64,000 nucleotides of DNA from an uncultured Bacillota bacterium (GCA_963804645.1 CAWDRG010000017.1:736001-800000); one strand, 5' to 3'. Positions 47,943-58,558 are shown, numbered from the stretch's first letter. Program-made: numbers and translations. The notes: generated by a model not told the origin, from the letters alone.

Positions 47943-49809
47943 CGATGCTCACCTCGACCATCACCGGATCCTTCCCGCCGAGCCGGACCGCGGCCGCCCC
48001 GTTGTGGGTGACTTCTCGGACCGCGCGGACGACCTCCGACGGGTAGAGGGGACGTCCGTTGTACTTGAGGACGCGCCGCGCCGGCACGAGACAATGGGCC
48101 TGGATCAGATCGGCGAACTGGCCCAGGTAGTTGTGCTCGCAGACGACGACCGCCTGCCCGTTGTCCAGCAGCGGTTTGGCCAGGTGGGTTGGAAACGGCC
48201 ACAGGTGGGTGAAGTGCACCACCGCGGCCTGCACGCCGTCTCTGACCAGGCGCTCGCGCGCGTCGAGCAGCGCCAGCTTCGTGCCGCCCCACCCGACGAG
48301 CGTGGGCCCCCTCCCCACCTCGCCGTAGACTTGGGGAGGCTTCGCGTCCTGATGGAGGTACGTGTGCATCTTCCGCATCCGCTTATCCATCTGCGCGACC
48401 CGCATCGCGGGATCGGTGGTCACGAACCCGAACTCGTCGTGCTCGGTGCTGCTGATCTTGGAGATTCCGCCTCGCTGGCCCGGGATCAGGCGGGCTGAGA
48501 TCCCCGAATCGGTCAGGCGGTACCGCAGGTACCGCTCCCCACGCACGTCGGCCTCGGCCGCCACGTACCGTTCCACCGGGCGCGCCGCACGCCCGAACAC
48601 CGCCTCGGGGAGAGTCGTCAGCCCCTCGCTCAGATCGAGGTCGGTCAGGAAAAAGACCGGGCACTGGTAGCGGTCCGCGAGCATGACCGCCTCGCCCATC
48701 AGCGTATAGCACTCCTCGATCGTCGACGGCGCGAGCACGATCCGCGGAATCTCCCCGTGGCCGCCGCCGGTCACGAGGAACAGGTCCCCCTGTTCCATCT
48801 TGGTCGGCATGCCGGTGGACGGCCCGGCGCGCATCGCATCCACGATCACCAGCGGCGTCTCGGTCGTCCCCGAGACGCCGATCTCTTCGACCTTCAACGA
48901 CAGGCCCGGGCCGCTCGTGCCGATCATGCTCACGATCCCGACGGCGCTGGCCCCGAGGGCCGCCCGGATCGATTCGCGCTCGTTGGCGCCCTGCAGGACT
49001 CGGCCGCCGTACCCCGGCAGGTGCTCCTCCATGTATTCGAGGATGCCGGACGCCGGCGTGATCGGGTACCCGGCGTAAAAGCGCACCCCGGCGCGGATGG
49101 CCGCGATCGACAGGGCTTCGTTGCCGCTGACGTAGACGGCCGGCGCGGCCCCGGCCACCGGCTCAAGCCGGTACCCGACCGATGTCCACTCCCGGGCCTT
49201 CAGGTGCGCCTCGACCAGATCGCGCCCGCGGCGCGCCGCCTCGATGTTCAGATCCACGACCGCGGGCCCCTTGCGGCCAAACCGCTCCTCCAGGAGCTGC
49301 CGGAGCCACCGCTCGTCCTGGTCAAACTCCAGCAGCCGAAACAACGCCCCCGTCACGATCAGGTTCTTCACGACCTCCTTCTTGAGGTCGCGCACCGCGA
49401 TATCGCGGGCCGGAATCGGGAACACGTGGATGCCGCGCGCCTCGAGGTCCTGGGTGTCCACCGGCGCGCCGGAGCTGTCGTAGAGCAGCACGCCGCCGTC
49501 GACGAGGTGGTGGCCGTGCTGCAGGATCGTGTCGCGGTTGGGCTGCGTCGCAGCGTCGGGATTGCTGTCGTACTCGAGCCCGACGAGGACATCGATCGCC
49601 TGGTCCCCCCACGACAGGGGCGGCGTTCCGGAGATCATCAGCGGATCGTACTGGTGGGCCCCGTAGATCGTGGACGCGAAGCCCCGTTCCACTCCGAGGA
49701 CATACAATCCCGCGCGACTGAGAATGCGGCCGGTAAGATCGGCGACCGTGGACACGCCGTCCCGGAGCTGCACGCCGCCGACCAGCAGCTTCATCCGATT
49801 GACCTTCAT
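47935..49809 (-). CDS. 2-oxoacid:ferredoxin oxidoreductase alpha subunit (gamma-alpha fused)
   Basis: SGNEA, YAGYPITPAS, TSGPGLSL, RAGPSTGMPTKMEQGD; AGGAGG RBS before ATG 49809. Confidence 0.93.
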   Translation of the reverse strand: MKVNRMKLLVGGVQLRDGVSTVADLTGRILSRAGLYVLGVERGFASTIYGAHQYDPLMISGTPPLSWGDQAIDVLVGLEYDSNPDAATQPNRDTILQHGHHLVDGGVLLYDSSGAPVDTQDLEARGIHVFPIPARDIAVRDLKKEVVKNLIVTGALFRLLEFDQDERWLRQLLEERFGRKGPAVVDLNIEAARRGRDLVEAHLKAREWTSVGYRLEPVAGAAPAVYVSGNEALSIAAIRAGVRFYAGYPITPASGILEYMEEHLPGYGGRVLQGANERESIRAALGASAVGIVSMIGTSGPGLSLKVEEIGVSGTTETPLVIVDAMRAGPSTGMPTKMEQGDLFLVTGGGHGEIPRIVLAPSTIEECYTLMGEAVMLADRYQCPVFFLTDLDLSEGLTTLPEAVFGRAARPVERYVAAEADVRGERYLRYRLTDSGISARLIPGQRGGISKISSTEHDEFGFVTTDPAMRVAQMDKRMRKMHTYLHQDAKPPQVYGEVGRGPTLVGWGGTKLALLDARERLVRDGVQAAVVHFTHLWPFPTHLAKPLLDNGQAVVVCEHNYLGQFADLIQAHCLVPARRVLKYNGRPLYPSEVVRAVREVTHNGAAAVRLGGKDPVMVEVSIDG

Positions 49810-49962
49810 TGCCGACGCCTTCCTCCTGGGGAGCCGCAGGGCGCGACCATCCGTGCCACCCGAGCGTCGCGGCTCGAGCTTCTGAGATAGCATAGTAACA
49901 TGTTTCTTACCGCAGCGTCTATTGCCGATCCGGGGCCGGGATCGGGGCGTCGCAGAACACAG

Positions 49963-50000
49963 AGCGGGTCCGCAGGGCGCCTCTCCCCTGCGGACCCGCT
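49963..50000. terminator. Strong hairpin downstream of hup
   Basis: AGCGGGTCCGCAGGG...CCCTGCGGACCCGCT inverted repeat. Confidence 0.7.
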
Positions 50001-50015
50001 GCGTCCGACCGGCGC

Positions 50016-50303
50016 CTACTTGACGGCCAGCTTCAACTCCTTGGCCGCCGTAAACCGGGGCACCGTCCGCGCCGGAACGCGCACGGGCTCACCCGTCTGG
50101 GGATTCCGCGCGATGCGCGCCTTCCGCTTCGACACCTTGAAGCTTCCGAAGCCGGGGAACCGAACCTTGTCCCCCTTCTTGATGGTAGCGGTCACGAGAA
50201 TGGTAATCTCGTCAACAATACGCCCAGCCTCCGCCTTGCTGACCACCCGGTCCTTGGTGGACAGTTTGTCGGCGAGCTTGGCCGCGAACTGTGCCTTCGT
50301 CAT
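50016..50303 (-). CDS. hup: HU family DNA-binding protein
   Basis: MTKAQF..GFGSFKVSKRKARIARNPQTGE..PRFTAAKELK; GGGAGG RBS. Confidence 0.95.
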   Translation of the reverse strand: MTKAQFAAKLADKLSTKDRVVSKAEAGRIVDEITILVTATIKKGDKVRFPGFGSFKVSKRKARIARNPQTGEPVRVPARTVPRFTAAKELKLAVK

Positions 50304-50564
50304 ACGTCCCTCCCGCTCAAGTCGTGTCGAGTCTATTCGGGAATAGGGGGTTCGGGGAACGCGCGCCGTTTCCTCCCATCCACCGCGAGATCTGCCTGAT
50401 AATTCTGCCTCCGAGGGCAATCGGCCGTCGCCACGGCCGGACCCGAGAGAGCGCTCCGGACCGGGCCGGCCGGCAGGAATAGGACCGTCGGCCTCGAACG
50501 GTCCTCACGGCTACCCGTCGCACCAGACATCGCAGCAGCGGACGCCACAAGGAGGGACGCACCC

Positions 50565-51158
50565 ATGCGCCGCATCATCGCGCTCGCAGCCTGCATCGCG
50601 CTCGTACCCGCCGTCGCATTCGCCGCAGTACCGCCGCCCCCGCCAGCTCCGTCCGCCCCGTCCTCGCTCCTGCCCGCCTCGATGGGCACCACCGCCATCG
50701 TCGTGCCCATCGGCACGAAAGTGCCGCTCCGGTTCCTGACCGCGGTCGACTCGGCCACCGTCAAGCAAGGCACCGCCGTGAAATTCGAGGTGGCCGCCGA
50801 TGTCCTCATCAACCGGGACATCGTCTTCCGCATGGGGACGCCCGCGCAGGGCGTCGTCACCGACGTGTCCCCGCCCGGCATCTTTGGCAAGAACGCGAAG
50901 GTCCACATCGCCTACATTCAGACCGCGGCGATTGACGGCCGACCGGCCGGGCTCTCGCCGCTCGACGTGACGCCCCAGACGGTCCAGCAGGTCAAGGATG
51001 TCGGCGCCGCGGCCGGCACGGCCGTGGCCGGCGCCATCCTGCTCGGGCCGATCGGGATCGCGGCCGGGGCACTCTGGCACGGCGGGCAGGTCACGGTGCC
51101 CGCCGGCGCCGTCGGCACGACGGACGTCGCCGAGCAGCTCCAGATCTACGCGCCGTAG
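50565..51158 (+). CDS. Hypothetical secreted/envelope protein
   Basis: Signal peptide, Pro-rich linker, beta-rich domain (VPIGTKVPL..DSATVKQG) and Gly/Ala-rich hydrophobic hairpin. Confidence 0.8.
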   Translation: MRRIIALAACIALVPAVAFAAVPPPPPAPSAPSSLLPASMGTTAIVVPIGTKVPLRFLTAVDSATVKQGTAVKFEVAADVLINRDIVFRMGTPAQGVVTDVSPPGIFGKNAKVHIAYIQTAAIDGRPAGLSPLDVTPQTVQQVKDVGAAAGTAVAGAILLGPIGIAAGALWHGGQVTVPAGAVGTTDVAEQLQIYAP

Positions 51159-51173
51159 GGAAATCCGAACGGT

Positions 51174-51206
51174 CGCAGCGGGCGGGGGCGTCCCCCGCCC
51201 GCTGCG
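51174..51206. terminator. Hairpin between convergent genes
   Basis: CGCAGCGGGCGGGGG-CGT-CCCCCGCCCGCTGCG perfect 15-bp stem. Confidence 0.7.
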
Positions 51207-51247
51207 GCACACCTCGGGCCGCTGATCTCCGGGGAGTCCTAGCTCTA

Positions 51248-52282
51248 TTAGTAGAAGCGCTCGCGGTCAAACACGTTCAGCAGCGGCTCCCCGCGAAGAT
51301 ACCGTCCGAGATTGTCGCAGAACAGATCCGTCAGCTTGGCGTTCTCGGTGTCGGCCGTGCTCGCGGAGTGCGGGCTGACGATCACATTCGGCATGTCCCA
51401 CAGCGGGCTGGTCGAGGGGAGCGGCTCTTTCGCGAACACGTCCAGCACGGCGCCGCACAGATGGCCGTCACGCAGCGCCGCGATCATCGCCGCCTCGTCC
51501 ACCACCGCGCCGCGGGCGATGTTGATGAACAGCGCCCCCCGCTTGAGGGTCCGGATCTCACGCTCGCCGATCAGGCCGACGGTTTGCGACGTGCGCGGGG
51601 TGCAGAGGATGAGCGTGTCGGCGGCGCGCAGCAGCGTGGGAAGCTCGGAGACGGGGACCATCTGATCCACGTCCTGGTCCGGCTCCGACGAGACCGTCCG
51701 CTTGGTGGCGACGACCCGCATCCCGAGGGCGCGGCACGACCGCGCGACCTCGCGTCCGATCCGCCCGAGGCCGACGATCCCCACCGTCGTGCCGCGCAAC
51801 TGGCGGCCGCAGTAGCGCTCCCAGTGGTGCGCCGCCTGATCGCGGGCCATCCGGAACGCGTCCTTCGCGAACGCGAGCATCCCCCACAGGCAGAACTCCG
51901 CGAGCGGCGTCACGTGCACCCCGCCCGCGGTCGTGAACACGATGGGGCTGTCAAGATACTTCCACCGGGCGAGCGCCTCACCGATGCCCGCGCTGGTCGC
52001 CTGCACCCATCGGAGGGCCGGCGCCAATTCGAGCAGCCGCCCCGCGTTGGTGTGGTCGAAGTCGAACATCACCTCGGCCCGCGCGAGGTACCCGCGCCAA
52101 CGACGCTCCTCCTCGGGGGTCCGCTGAAACGACGCGGCGCCGAAATGGTGGTCGGCTTGATACAGGGGCTTCGGCAACAGCGCGGGGTCGTACAGGACTT
52201 CGACGCCGGGCACCGCGGCGATGCGCTCGACGTGCTCCGGCTCCAAGTAGGACGCGATCAATACGACCGTCGACTTCGTCAC
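51248..52282 (-). CDS. D-2-hydroxyacid dehydrogenase family protein
   Basis: GIVGLGRIG, INIARG, LDVFAKEPLP, SPH. Confidence 0.92.
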   Translation of the reverse strand: MTKSTVVLIASYLEPEHVERIAAVPGVEVLYDPALLPKPLYQADHHFGAASFQRTPEEERRWRGYLARAEVMFDFDHTNAGRLLELAPALRWVQATSAGIGEALARWKYLDSPIVFTTAGGVHVTPLAEFCLWGMLAFAKDAFRMARDQAAHHWERYCGRQLRGTTVGIVGLGRIGREVARSCRALGMRVVATKRTVSSEPDQDVDQMVPVSELPTLLRAADTLILCTPRTSQTVGLIGEREIRTLKRGALFINIARGAVVDEAAMIAALRDGHLCGAVLDVFAKEPLPSTSPLWDMPNVIVSPHSASTADTENAKLTDLFCDNLGRYLRGEPLLNVFDRERFY

Positions 52283-52338
52283 CTCAACACCTCACAGACT
52301 GTTGCCTGCCGTCTCCGATCCCCGCGTCGTGAATCGGC

Positions 52339-52926
52339 TCACCACGCGACCGCGCCGCACCGGACGAGTGCCTCCACGACTTCCGCGAGCGGCAGCCCGA
52401 CGACGTTGGTGTAGGATCCAACGATCCGCTCGACCATCGACGCCGCGCCCTCTTGAATCCCGTACCCACCGGCTTTGTCGAGCGGTTCGCCGGTGGCGAC
52501 GTACGCGGTGATCTCTGGGGCCCGCAGCCGCCTGAACCAGACTTCGGTGGACACCACCGCGCCGACGCCCCGACCGGCGGTGCGGTCGAACACTTCGAAC
52601 CCGGTAATCACCTCATGGACGCGTCCGGAGAGCCGGAGCAGCATCGCGGCGGCCTCGGCGCTGTCCGCGGGCTTCTCCAAGATCGCCCCGTCCAGCACTA
52701 CGACCGTGTCCGCGCCGAGATAGAACCGCGCGGAAATCCTCGACGCCACGTCCCGCGCCTTCGCGCCGGCGAGTCGCCGGACGTAGGCCTCGGGAGGCTC
52801 ACCGGGCCGCACCGACTCGGCGATCCCGCTCGGCACCACCCGCGCTTCGATCCCCGCAGACCGCAGCAGCTCGGCCCGACGCGGAGACGCGGACGCGAGC
52901 ACGATGGTCTCGGTGGCACGTGCCAT
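52339..52926 (-). CDS. maf: Maf-family nucleoside triphosphate pyrophosphatase
   Basis: LASASPRR, GADTVV, EPLDKAGGYGIQ, NVVGLP. Confidence 0.95.
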   Translation of the reverse strand: MARATETIVLASASPRRAELLRSAGIEARVVPSGIAESVRPGEPPEAYVRRLAGAKARDVASRISARFYLGADTVVVLDGAILEKPADSAEAAAMLLRLSGRVHEVITGFEVFDRTAGRGVGAVVSTEVWFRRLRAPEITAYVATGEPLDKAGGYGIQEGAASMVERIVGSYTNVVGLPLAEVVEALVRCGAVAW

Positions 52927-52952
52927 CAGGCCCGGCCCGATCCGCGGCGGGG

Positions 52953-54083
52953 CTACCCGGCGAGCACGAGCCCCTGCAGCCCCGGCGTCAGCAGGTCAAA
53001 CCCGTCGTCGGTCATGTGCACGACGTCGCACTGCGCGTACCCGCCAAACCCGGCCACCGACAGCGCCGGTTCGATCGCCAGGACCATCCCCGCCAGGACC
53101 CGGTCCTTGCTGCCGGCGCCGAGCCGGGGCGACTCGTGAATCGAGAGGCCGACGCCGTGCCCGATGCTGTTCCGCCAGTACCCGAGCAGGTCGCGCCGCG
53201 CGTACTCGGCGTGGGCCGCCTCGAGCAGGTCCGCCGACGTCACGCCGGGCCGCAGGCGCCCGAAGATCGCGTCGCGGGCGGCAAGATATCCGTCCTGGAG
53301 CCGCCGCAGCTGGGCCGGCGGTTCGCCCGCGCACACCGTGCGCACGACGTCCGCGGTGTACCATTCGACCATCGGCCCGTACGCGATGCGCAGCGGGAGC
53401 CCCCGCTCGACGGGCCGGGCGAGCGCCGGCGAGTGCGCGGCCAGCATCTTCACCCCGCACGAGACGAGCGTCGGATAGCCGAATCCGTCCGCCCCCTGGC
53501 GCCGCGCGAACCCGTCGAGCTCGACCGCGACCTCGAGCTCCGTCGTGGGTCCGGAGGCGACAAGGGCCTGCGCCCGGCCGATCCCCGCCATCGCGATGCG
53601 GTTCGCCGCGCGCAGGTACGAGACTTCGACCGGGGTTTTGATGACCTTGACGGCATCGATCTGCGCCGCGACGTTCACGAGCCGCACGCCGGGGCACGCC
53701 TGCTCGATGACGGCGGCGTCGACCAGCTTGATGGAATCGACGCCGAGCCGCCGCACGCCCTGCAGGAGCGGCGCCACCGCGGCCTGCGGAGTCGGCGCGA
53801 CGTCCGGATGGGTCCCGTGGTACACCACCCGCTCCGTCCAGGGGGGCGACCAGACCCGGCTCGTGACAAGGGCCCGGTCGACGCTCGACGCGACCAGCGC
53901 GGGCGGGTCCGGCTCGTCAAACCGGACCACCGCGGCGGCGAACCGAGTGTACAGCATCGTGCGAAACCCCGTCAGGAAATAGATGTTCTCCGGGCTCATG
54001 CACAGGAGCGCGTCCACCTCCCCGCCCAGCTGCGCCATGAGCCGCCCGATGCGCTGCTTCCCATCCTCCGCCGACACCGCCAC
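52953..54083 (-). CDS. M24-fold (Xaa-Pro peptidase/creatinase-like) hydrolase
   Basis: ENIYFLTGF, IKTPVE, DVVRT, GHGVGLSIHESP, AIEP. Confidence 0.85.
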   Translation of the reverse strand: MAVSAEDGKQRIGRLMAQLGGEVDALLCMSPENIYFLTGFRTMLYTRFAAAVVRFDEPDPPALVASSVDRALVTSRVWSPPWTERVVYHGTHPDVAPTPQAAVAPLLQGVRRLGVDSIKLVDAAVIEQACPGVRLVNVAAQIDAVKVIKTPVEVSYLRAANRIAMAGIGRAQALVASGPTTELEVAVELDGFARRQGADGFGYPTLVSCGVKMLAAHSPALARPVERGLPLRIAYGPMVEWYTADVVRTVCAGEPPAQLRRLQDGYLAARDAIFGRLRPGVTSADLLEAAHAEYARRDLLGYWRNSIGHGVGLSIHESPRLGAGSKDRVLAGMVLAIEPALSVAGFGGYAQCDVVHMTDDGFDLLTPGLQGLVLAG

Positions 54084-54232
54084 GCGTGTGCCTCCCCGCC
54101 GCGCCGGCCCACGTCGCGCCCGAGACGGACGCGGCCAGATCGCGGCGCCGAATGGTTTCGGCGGCGCGGCAGCCCCCTTCCTTCCGCCGATCGACGGCGG
54201 GCGCGGGAACGCCGTGACCGCCGACCGTGAGG

Positions 54233-55003
54233 CTACCCGGCGCTCAGCTGACGGCGGATCTCCCCGGCAAGATGGTCCGACAACCGCTCGAGCACGGCCG
54301 CGCCGACCGCCGGGGTGGCGAGCGTCGCGTCCCCGGCGATGCCGTTGGGCGTCACAGCCCGGAAGCCCTCGCGAAACAGCCGATCGGCGTCGATCCGGCC
54401 CAGCAGTCCGCGCTCGAGCCGGTCCGTCGCGACAAGCGCCGGGTGCCGCACCATCATGATCGAGGTCTCCGTCGCATCGGCGTGGATGGCGTCCACGTCC
54501 TGCGGCGCGCCGAGGGCCGCCGCCGTCTCCACCATCACCCGCATCATGCTGAGGAGCGCCTGACGGCCCACGGTGCCGACGATGCGCACCCCCTTCGCCC
54601 CGTACTCCTCGCGCAGCGCGCGCGCGGCCACGTCGAGGGTGTCGAAGTTCCCGCCGTGCGACGACAGCAGGGCAAATGTATCGAAGCCGTGCGGCCACAG
54701 GGACCGGACGTAGGCGCGGATCGTCGCGATCAGAACCTCGGGCGGGATCGAAATGCTCCCCGGAAACGCGAGGTGATGGTCCGAGCAGCCGGGCCGCACC
54801 ACCGGCGCGAGCAGCGCGCGGCCGAGCTTCCGCGCCACGAGTTCGCCGACCGCATATCCGATCGCTGTGTCGGTCATCGTCGGAAGGTGCGGCCCGTGCT
54901 GTTCGATTGAAGCTGCCACGATCACGATCGTGCGCACGCCGCCCCGCACGGCCGCCTCCACCTCGGGCCATGAGAGCTCCTCGAGCAGTACCGAATCCTT
55001 CAT
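54233..55003 (-). CDS. Creatininase family amidohydrolase
   Basis: SIEQHGPHLP..TD, GCSDHH..FPG, SHGGN, HADATETS. Confidence 0.9.
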   Translation of the reverse strand: MKDSVLLEELSWPEVEAAVRGGVRTIVIVAASIEQHGPHLPTMTDTAIGYAVGELVARKLGRALLAPVVRPGCSDHHLAFPGSISIPPEVLIATIRAYVRSLWPHGFDTFALLSSHGGNFDTLDVAARALREEYGAKGVRIVGTVGRQALLSMMRVMVETAAALGAPQDVDAIHADATETSIMMVRHPALVATDRLERGLLGRIDADRLFREGFRAVTPNGIAGDATLATPAVGAAVLERLSDHLAGEIRRQLSAG

Positions 55004-55177
55004 GGGCGTCCCCCCACGCGAAATCCCGGCCTGGACACCGGCGCGTGACTTGCTTCTCAGCACGCCCGTACCCCCCCTGCCGGACCGTCGGGGGAGGCGT
55101 GGCGCGCGCAGGATTCCCGCCGAGGCGCGCGAAGGGGTGGCGTCAAGTCATGTGCCTGAGACGGAGAGGGGGCAGTC

Positions 55178-55429
55178 GTGCACCCCTATCTGCTTGTGCT
55201 GCTGATCCCCCTCGCGACCGTCACGGGGCTCGTGGTGACCGTGTGGACGCTCGTCGCCGATCATGACGGGTATACGCCCGTCGAACGCCATCGGCTCGCA
55301 TTCAGGGCACTGCTGCTGCTCGCCCTCTCGCTGGGGGCCGTTCTCTGGATCGTGCAGGACGTGCACGAGAACTGCTCGTACGGATCGTTCAACGAGTTCG
55401 TCGATTGCTTTAGCGTGCTCCACAGCTGA
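55178..55429 (+). CDS. Small two-TM membrane protein
   Basis: Two hydrophobic helices; GGAGAGGGGG RBS before GTG. Confidence 0.6.
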   Translation: MHPYLLVLLIPLATVTGLVVTVWTLVADHDGYTPVERHRLAFRALLLLALSLGAVLWIVQDVHENCSYGSFNEFVDCFSVLHS

Positions 55430-55560
55430 GCGGCGGGGCCGGGCACGGGCGGGCGCCCAAACCCTGCGATGCAGTCCACGACCGCGCTCCCGCCCTGACA
55501 AGGCTGGCGCGGGAACCTCAGACGGGCGGGCACACAGATCCTCAAGGGAGGGATGGGACG

Positions 55561-57162
55561 ATGGCCAAGCACACGCGCACGCAGGCGGGACGGACGACGC
55601 GGCGGGGGTTTCTCACAACGGTCGCGGCCGCCGGCATCGGCGCGGCGTCATCCGCGTGGCTCGCTACGGCAGGCCCCGCGGGGGCGCTCGCGGCAGCTCC
55701 GATGCGCCGAGGCGGCACGCTCAAGATCGCCGAGATCGGTGAGCCGTTGACGCTCGACATCCCGTCCACCACGGCGGGGCTCACGACCAATCTCACCCTG
55801 CCGGTGTTCGAAGAGCTGTTCGCGTTCGACGCCAGCTGGCGGATCCAGCCGTCGCTGGCGGCCGGGTACAGCGTCAGCAAGGACGGGATGACGTATACGT
55901 TTACCCTGCGCAGCAACGTCCCGTTCCACAACGGCAAGATCATGACCGCGGACGACGTGGTCGCGTCCCTGAACCGCTGGGGCAAGGTCAGCCCGTACGG
56001 GGCGGTCCCGTACAAGTCGGTCGAGTCGGTGACCGCCGCCGGCAACACGGTGGTCATGAAACTCACCGCGCCGTCCGCGCCGCTGCTCGCGTTTCTGACG
56101 TTTCCCGTGGGGGCCGCCGCGATCATGCCGAAGGAAGTCATCGATGCGGCCGGGACGGGACCCCTCAAGCAGTTCATCGGGACGGGACCCTATAAGTTCG
56201 TGGAATGGGCGCCGGACCGATACGTCCACCACACTCGGTTCGATCAATATGCGGCGCGCTCGGAACCCGGGAACGGCATGGCGGGCCGGAAGGATGCCCT
56301 GGCGGACGACCTCTTCTACTACCCCGTCTCGCAGGTCGCGACCCGGCTCGCGGGCGTCCAGAGCGGCGACTACGACATCGCGGATCAGATCAATACCGAC
56401 GCGTACGCCCAGCTGAAGCAGGATCCGCGGGTCCAACCGGGCGTCGTGCCCGGCACGTTCCTCACGTTCTTCTTCAATAAACGCCAAGGCGTGATGACGA
56501 ATGAGAAGCTGCGCCAGGCCGTCGCCGTGGCCATGGACATGCAGCCAATTATGGAAGCGACGTTCGGCAACCCCGACCTCTTCACGATCGACTCGAGCAT
56601 CTACCCCAAGGGCACGCCGTGGTATACGAACGCGGGCGGCACCTGGTACAACGTCCACAACACGGACCAGGCGAAACAGCTGGCCAAGGAGGCCGGGTAC
56701 TCGGGACAGCCGATCCGGTGGCTGTCGACGCAGGAGTACGACTACATGTTCAAGAGCACGGTCGTCGCCTCGACACAGCTCAAGGAGGCCGGCTTCAACG
56801 TGGACCTGCAGGTCGTGGAGTGGGCAACGCTGCTCGACCGCCGCGCCAAGGCGGACGAGTGGGACATGTTCGTGACGTCGCACTCGTTCGTCCCCGACCC
56901 GTCCCTGATCACCGTGTTCAGCTCCGCGTACCCCGGATGGTGGGACACCCAGACGAAAAACGCGCTGTTCGCGCAGTTCAACGCGGAGTCGGATCCGAAG
57001 AAGCGCATCCAGCTGTGGGCCAAGCTGCAGACGTTGATGTACCAGGAGGAGCCGATCGTGCGGCCCGGCGGATTCAGCGCCCTGCTGCTGAGCCGTAGGG
57101 GGCTGCCCGGGTTTCAGCCGTCGGCCTGGATCGTGCCGTGGAACGTGCAGGCGGTCAAATAG
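55561..57162 (+). CDS. Tat-exported ABC substrate-binding protein, family 5
   Basis: TRRGFL twin-arginine signal; YTFTLRSNVPFHNG, IGTGPYKF. Confidence 0.92.
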   Translation: MAKHTRTQAGRTTRRGFLTTVAAAGIGAASSAWLATAGPAGALAAAPMRRGGTLKIAEIGEPLTLDIPSTTAGLTTNLTLPVFEELFAFDASWRIQPSLAAGYSVSKDGMTYTFTLRSNVPFHNGKIMTADDVVASLNRWGKVSPYGAVPYKSVESVTAAGNTVVMKLTAPSAPLLAFLTFPVGAAAIMPKEVIDAAGTGPLKQFIGTGPYKFVEWAPDRYVHHTRFDQYAARSEPGNGMAGRKDALADDLFYYPVSQVATRLAGVQSGDYDIADQINTDAYAQLKQDPRVQPGVVPGTFLTFFFNKRQGVMTNEKLRQAVAVAMDMQPIMEATFGNPDLFTIDSSIYPKGTPWYTNAGGTWYNVHNTDQAKQLAKEAGYSGQPIRWLSTQEYDYMFKSTVVASTQLKEAGFNVDLQVVEWATLLDRRAKADEWDMFVTSHSFVPDPSLITVFSSAYPGWWDTQTKNALFAQFNAESDPKKRIQLWAKLQTLMYQEEPIVRPGGFSALLLSRRGLPGFQPSAWIVPWNVQAVK

Positions 57163-57322
57163 CGGGGCGGGACGTGCGCGCGCAGCGGGGCGGGTCGGAC
57201 CACCCGACGCACCCCGCGCGCGCCGATCGATAACCCGCGCGCCGACGCCGGCGGTCGAGGCCCGATCCGTGTCCCTCGACCGCCGGCGCCCGCAAATCGG
57301 CGCGGGTCGCGGTGCGACCCGC

Positions 57323-58081
57323 TTATCGCCCGGGGTCTCGCCGGACACCCCCCTCACGCTCCGGCGCCTCGTCGTCGAACCGCACGCCGTAGCGGTGCCT
57401 CGCGTAATCGAACATGTGATCCGTAAAGCGTGCCGGATCGGTGAACCCGCGGTGCGCAGGTTTGATCTCGGAGAGCTGAATCATGAACCGGGCGTCCCCA
57501 TTCTCATAGAAGAAGTACAGCGACCACCGTTCGTCGCGCTCGAGCACCATGTAGTCGGACGCGTACCCCTGCGCGCGCACGTGCTGCCACGCAGCGTCCA
57601 GATCATCGACGACCACCCCCAGGTGATGCACGCGGGACGGAATGCCGGGATTCAGCGGTCCCGGCTCCGTGTCGAACAAGAAGATCGCCGTCAGCCCGGT
57701 GGTCACCACCGTCTGGTGGGCATCGTCGCGCACGACGGTAAAGCCCAGGCCGTCCACAAGCAGACGCCGGGCGTCTGCCCGGTCCCGGACGGCGAGCGCC
57801 AAATGATCGACGCCGAGGCTCCGCCACGGACGCGTCCCACCGCGCAGCGGCTCGGAGCGCACCGTGAACTCCTCCGTCCGGAAGTGCGCGACCGTCTCTC
57901 CGACAAACATATCGGGATAGACGGGATCCCCCGCCGGCGTCCGGATCGTCACGCGCCGCCCGACGCGGAGCGCCTCCGGCAGCAAACGCTCCAGGGCTGC
58001 GTGAAAGACGTCGGCGGCCGGGAACTGCCCCTCGAAGCGTCCGTCGTCGGTGACGAAGACCAGGCGCACGGTGGTCGACAC
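57323..58081 (-). CDS. VOC (glyoxalase-like) family protein with extra N-terminal domain
   Basis: GVDHLALAVRD, HHLGVVVDDLDAA, YFF..IQLSE; GAGGAGG RBS before GTG 58081. Confidence 0.78.
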   Translation of the reverse strand: MSTTVRLVFVTDDGRFEGQFPAADVFHAALERLLPEALRVGRRVTIRTPAGDPVYPDMFVGETVAHFRTEEFTVRSEPLRGGTRPWRSLGVDHLALAVRDRADARRLLVDGLGFTVVRDDAHQTVVTTGLTAIFLFDTEPGPLNPGIPSRVHHLGVVVDDLDAAWQHVRAQGYASDYMVLERDERWSLYFFYENGDARFMIQLSEIKPAHRGFTDPARFTDHMFDYARHRYGVRFDDEAPEREGGVRRDPGR

Positions 58082-58558
58082 GGTATCTCCCTCCTCACGC
58101 ACTCACGCCCCCGGTCCCCGCACCCCTTGCGATCTGATGCGGGTGCGGAGCGGACGGCCGGCGCATCACGCGGTCGCGCGCGCGGCTCTGACCGATGCCG
58201 TTCGTCCTGTGAGCTCGTCCGGCGGGGGGACCGGGGAGACGGGACCCCGGGCCGTCGGGCGTTGGCCCTGGGGCACCGCGGCGTGCCACGCGTCCGGCGA
58301 GCCGCGGACGGCGAATCGGACGTGCGCCCGCCCGAGTGTTCCGCTTCCGTGGCTCAACTCCTCCGGCCGGAGAAGCCCGGCCGCCCGTGCGTCCCGATAC
58401 CGCCGAGCGCATGCGGCACAAAAGTGCTTGGGTCCACCCAGGCGATGTCCTATGCTTTGGGTGCATCATTCCGGCGATGCCGTGTGCACCCGGCCGGACC
58501 GCCCCGCGCACGAGGCGAATCACCGACACGAGACTGGTTGTGGGGAAGAGGGTGAGCC

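Noticed and set aside
58095..58555. Long intergenic region as ncRNA or riboswitch
   Set aside because: No recognisable conserved motif or convincing structure by eye; would need an Rfam search.
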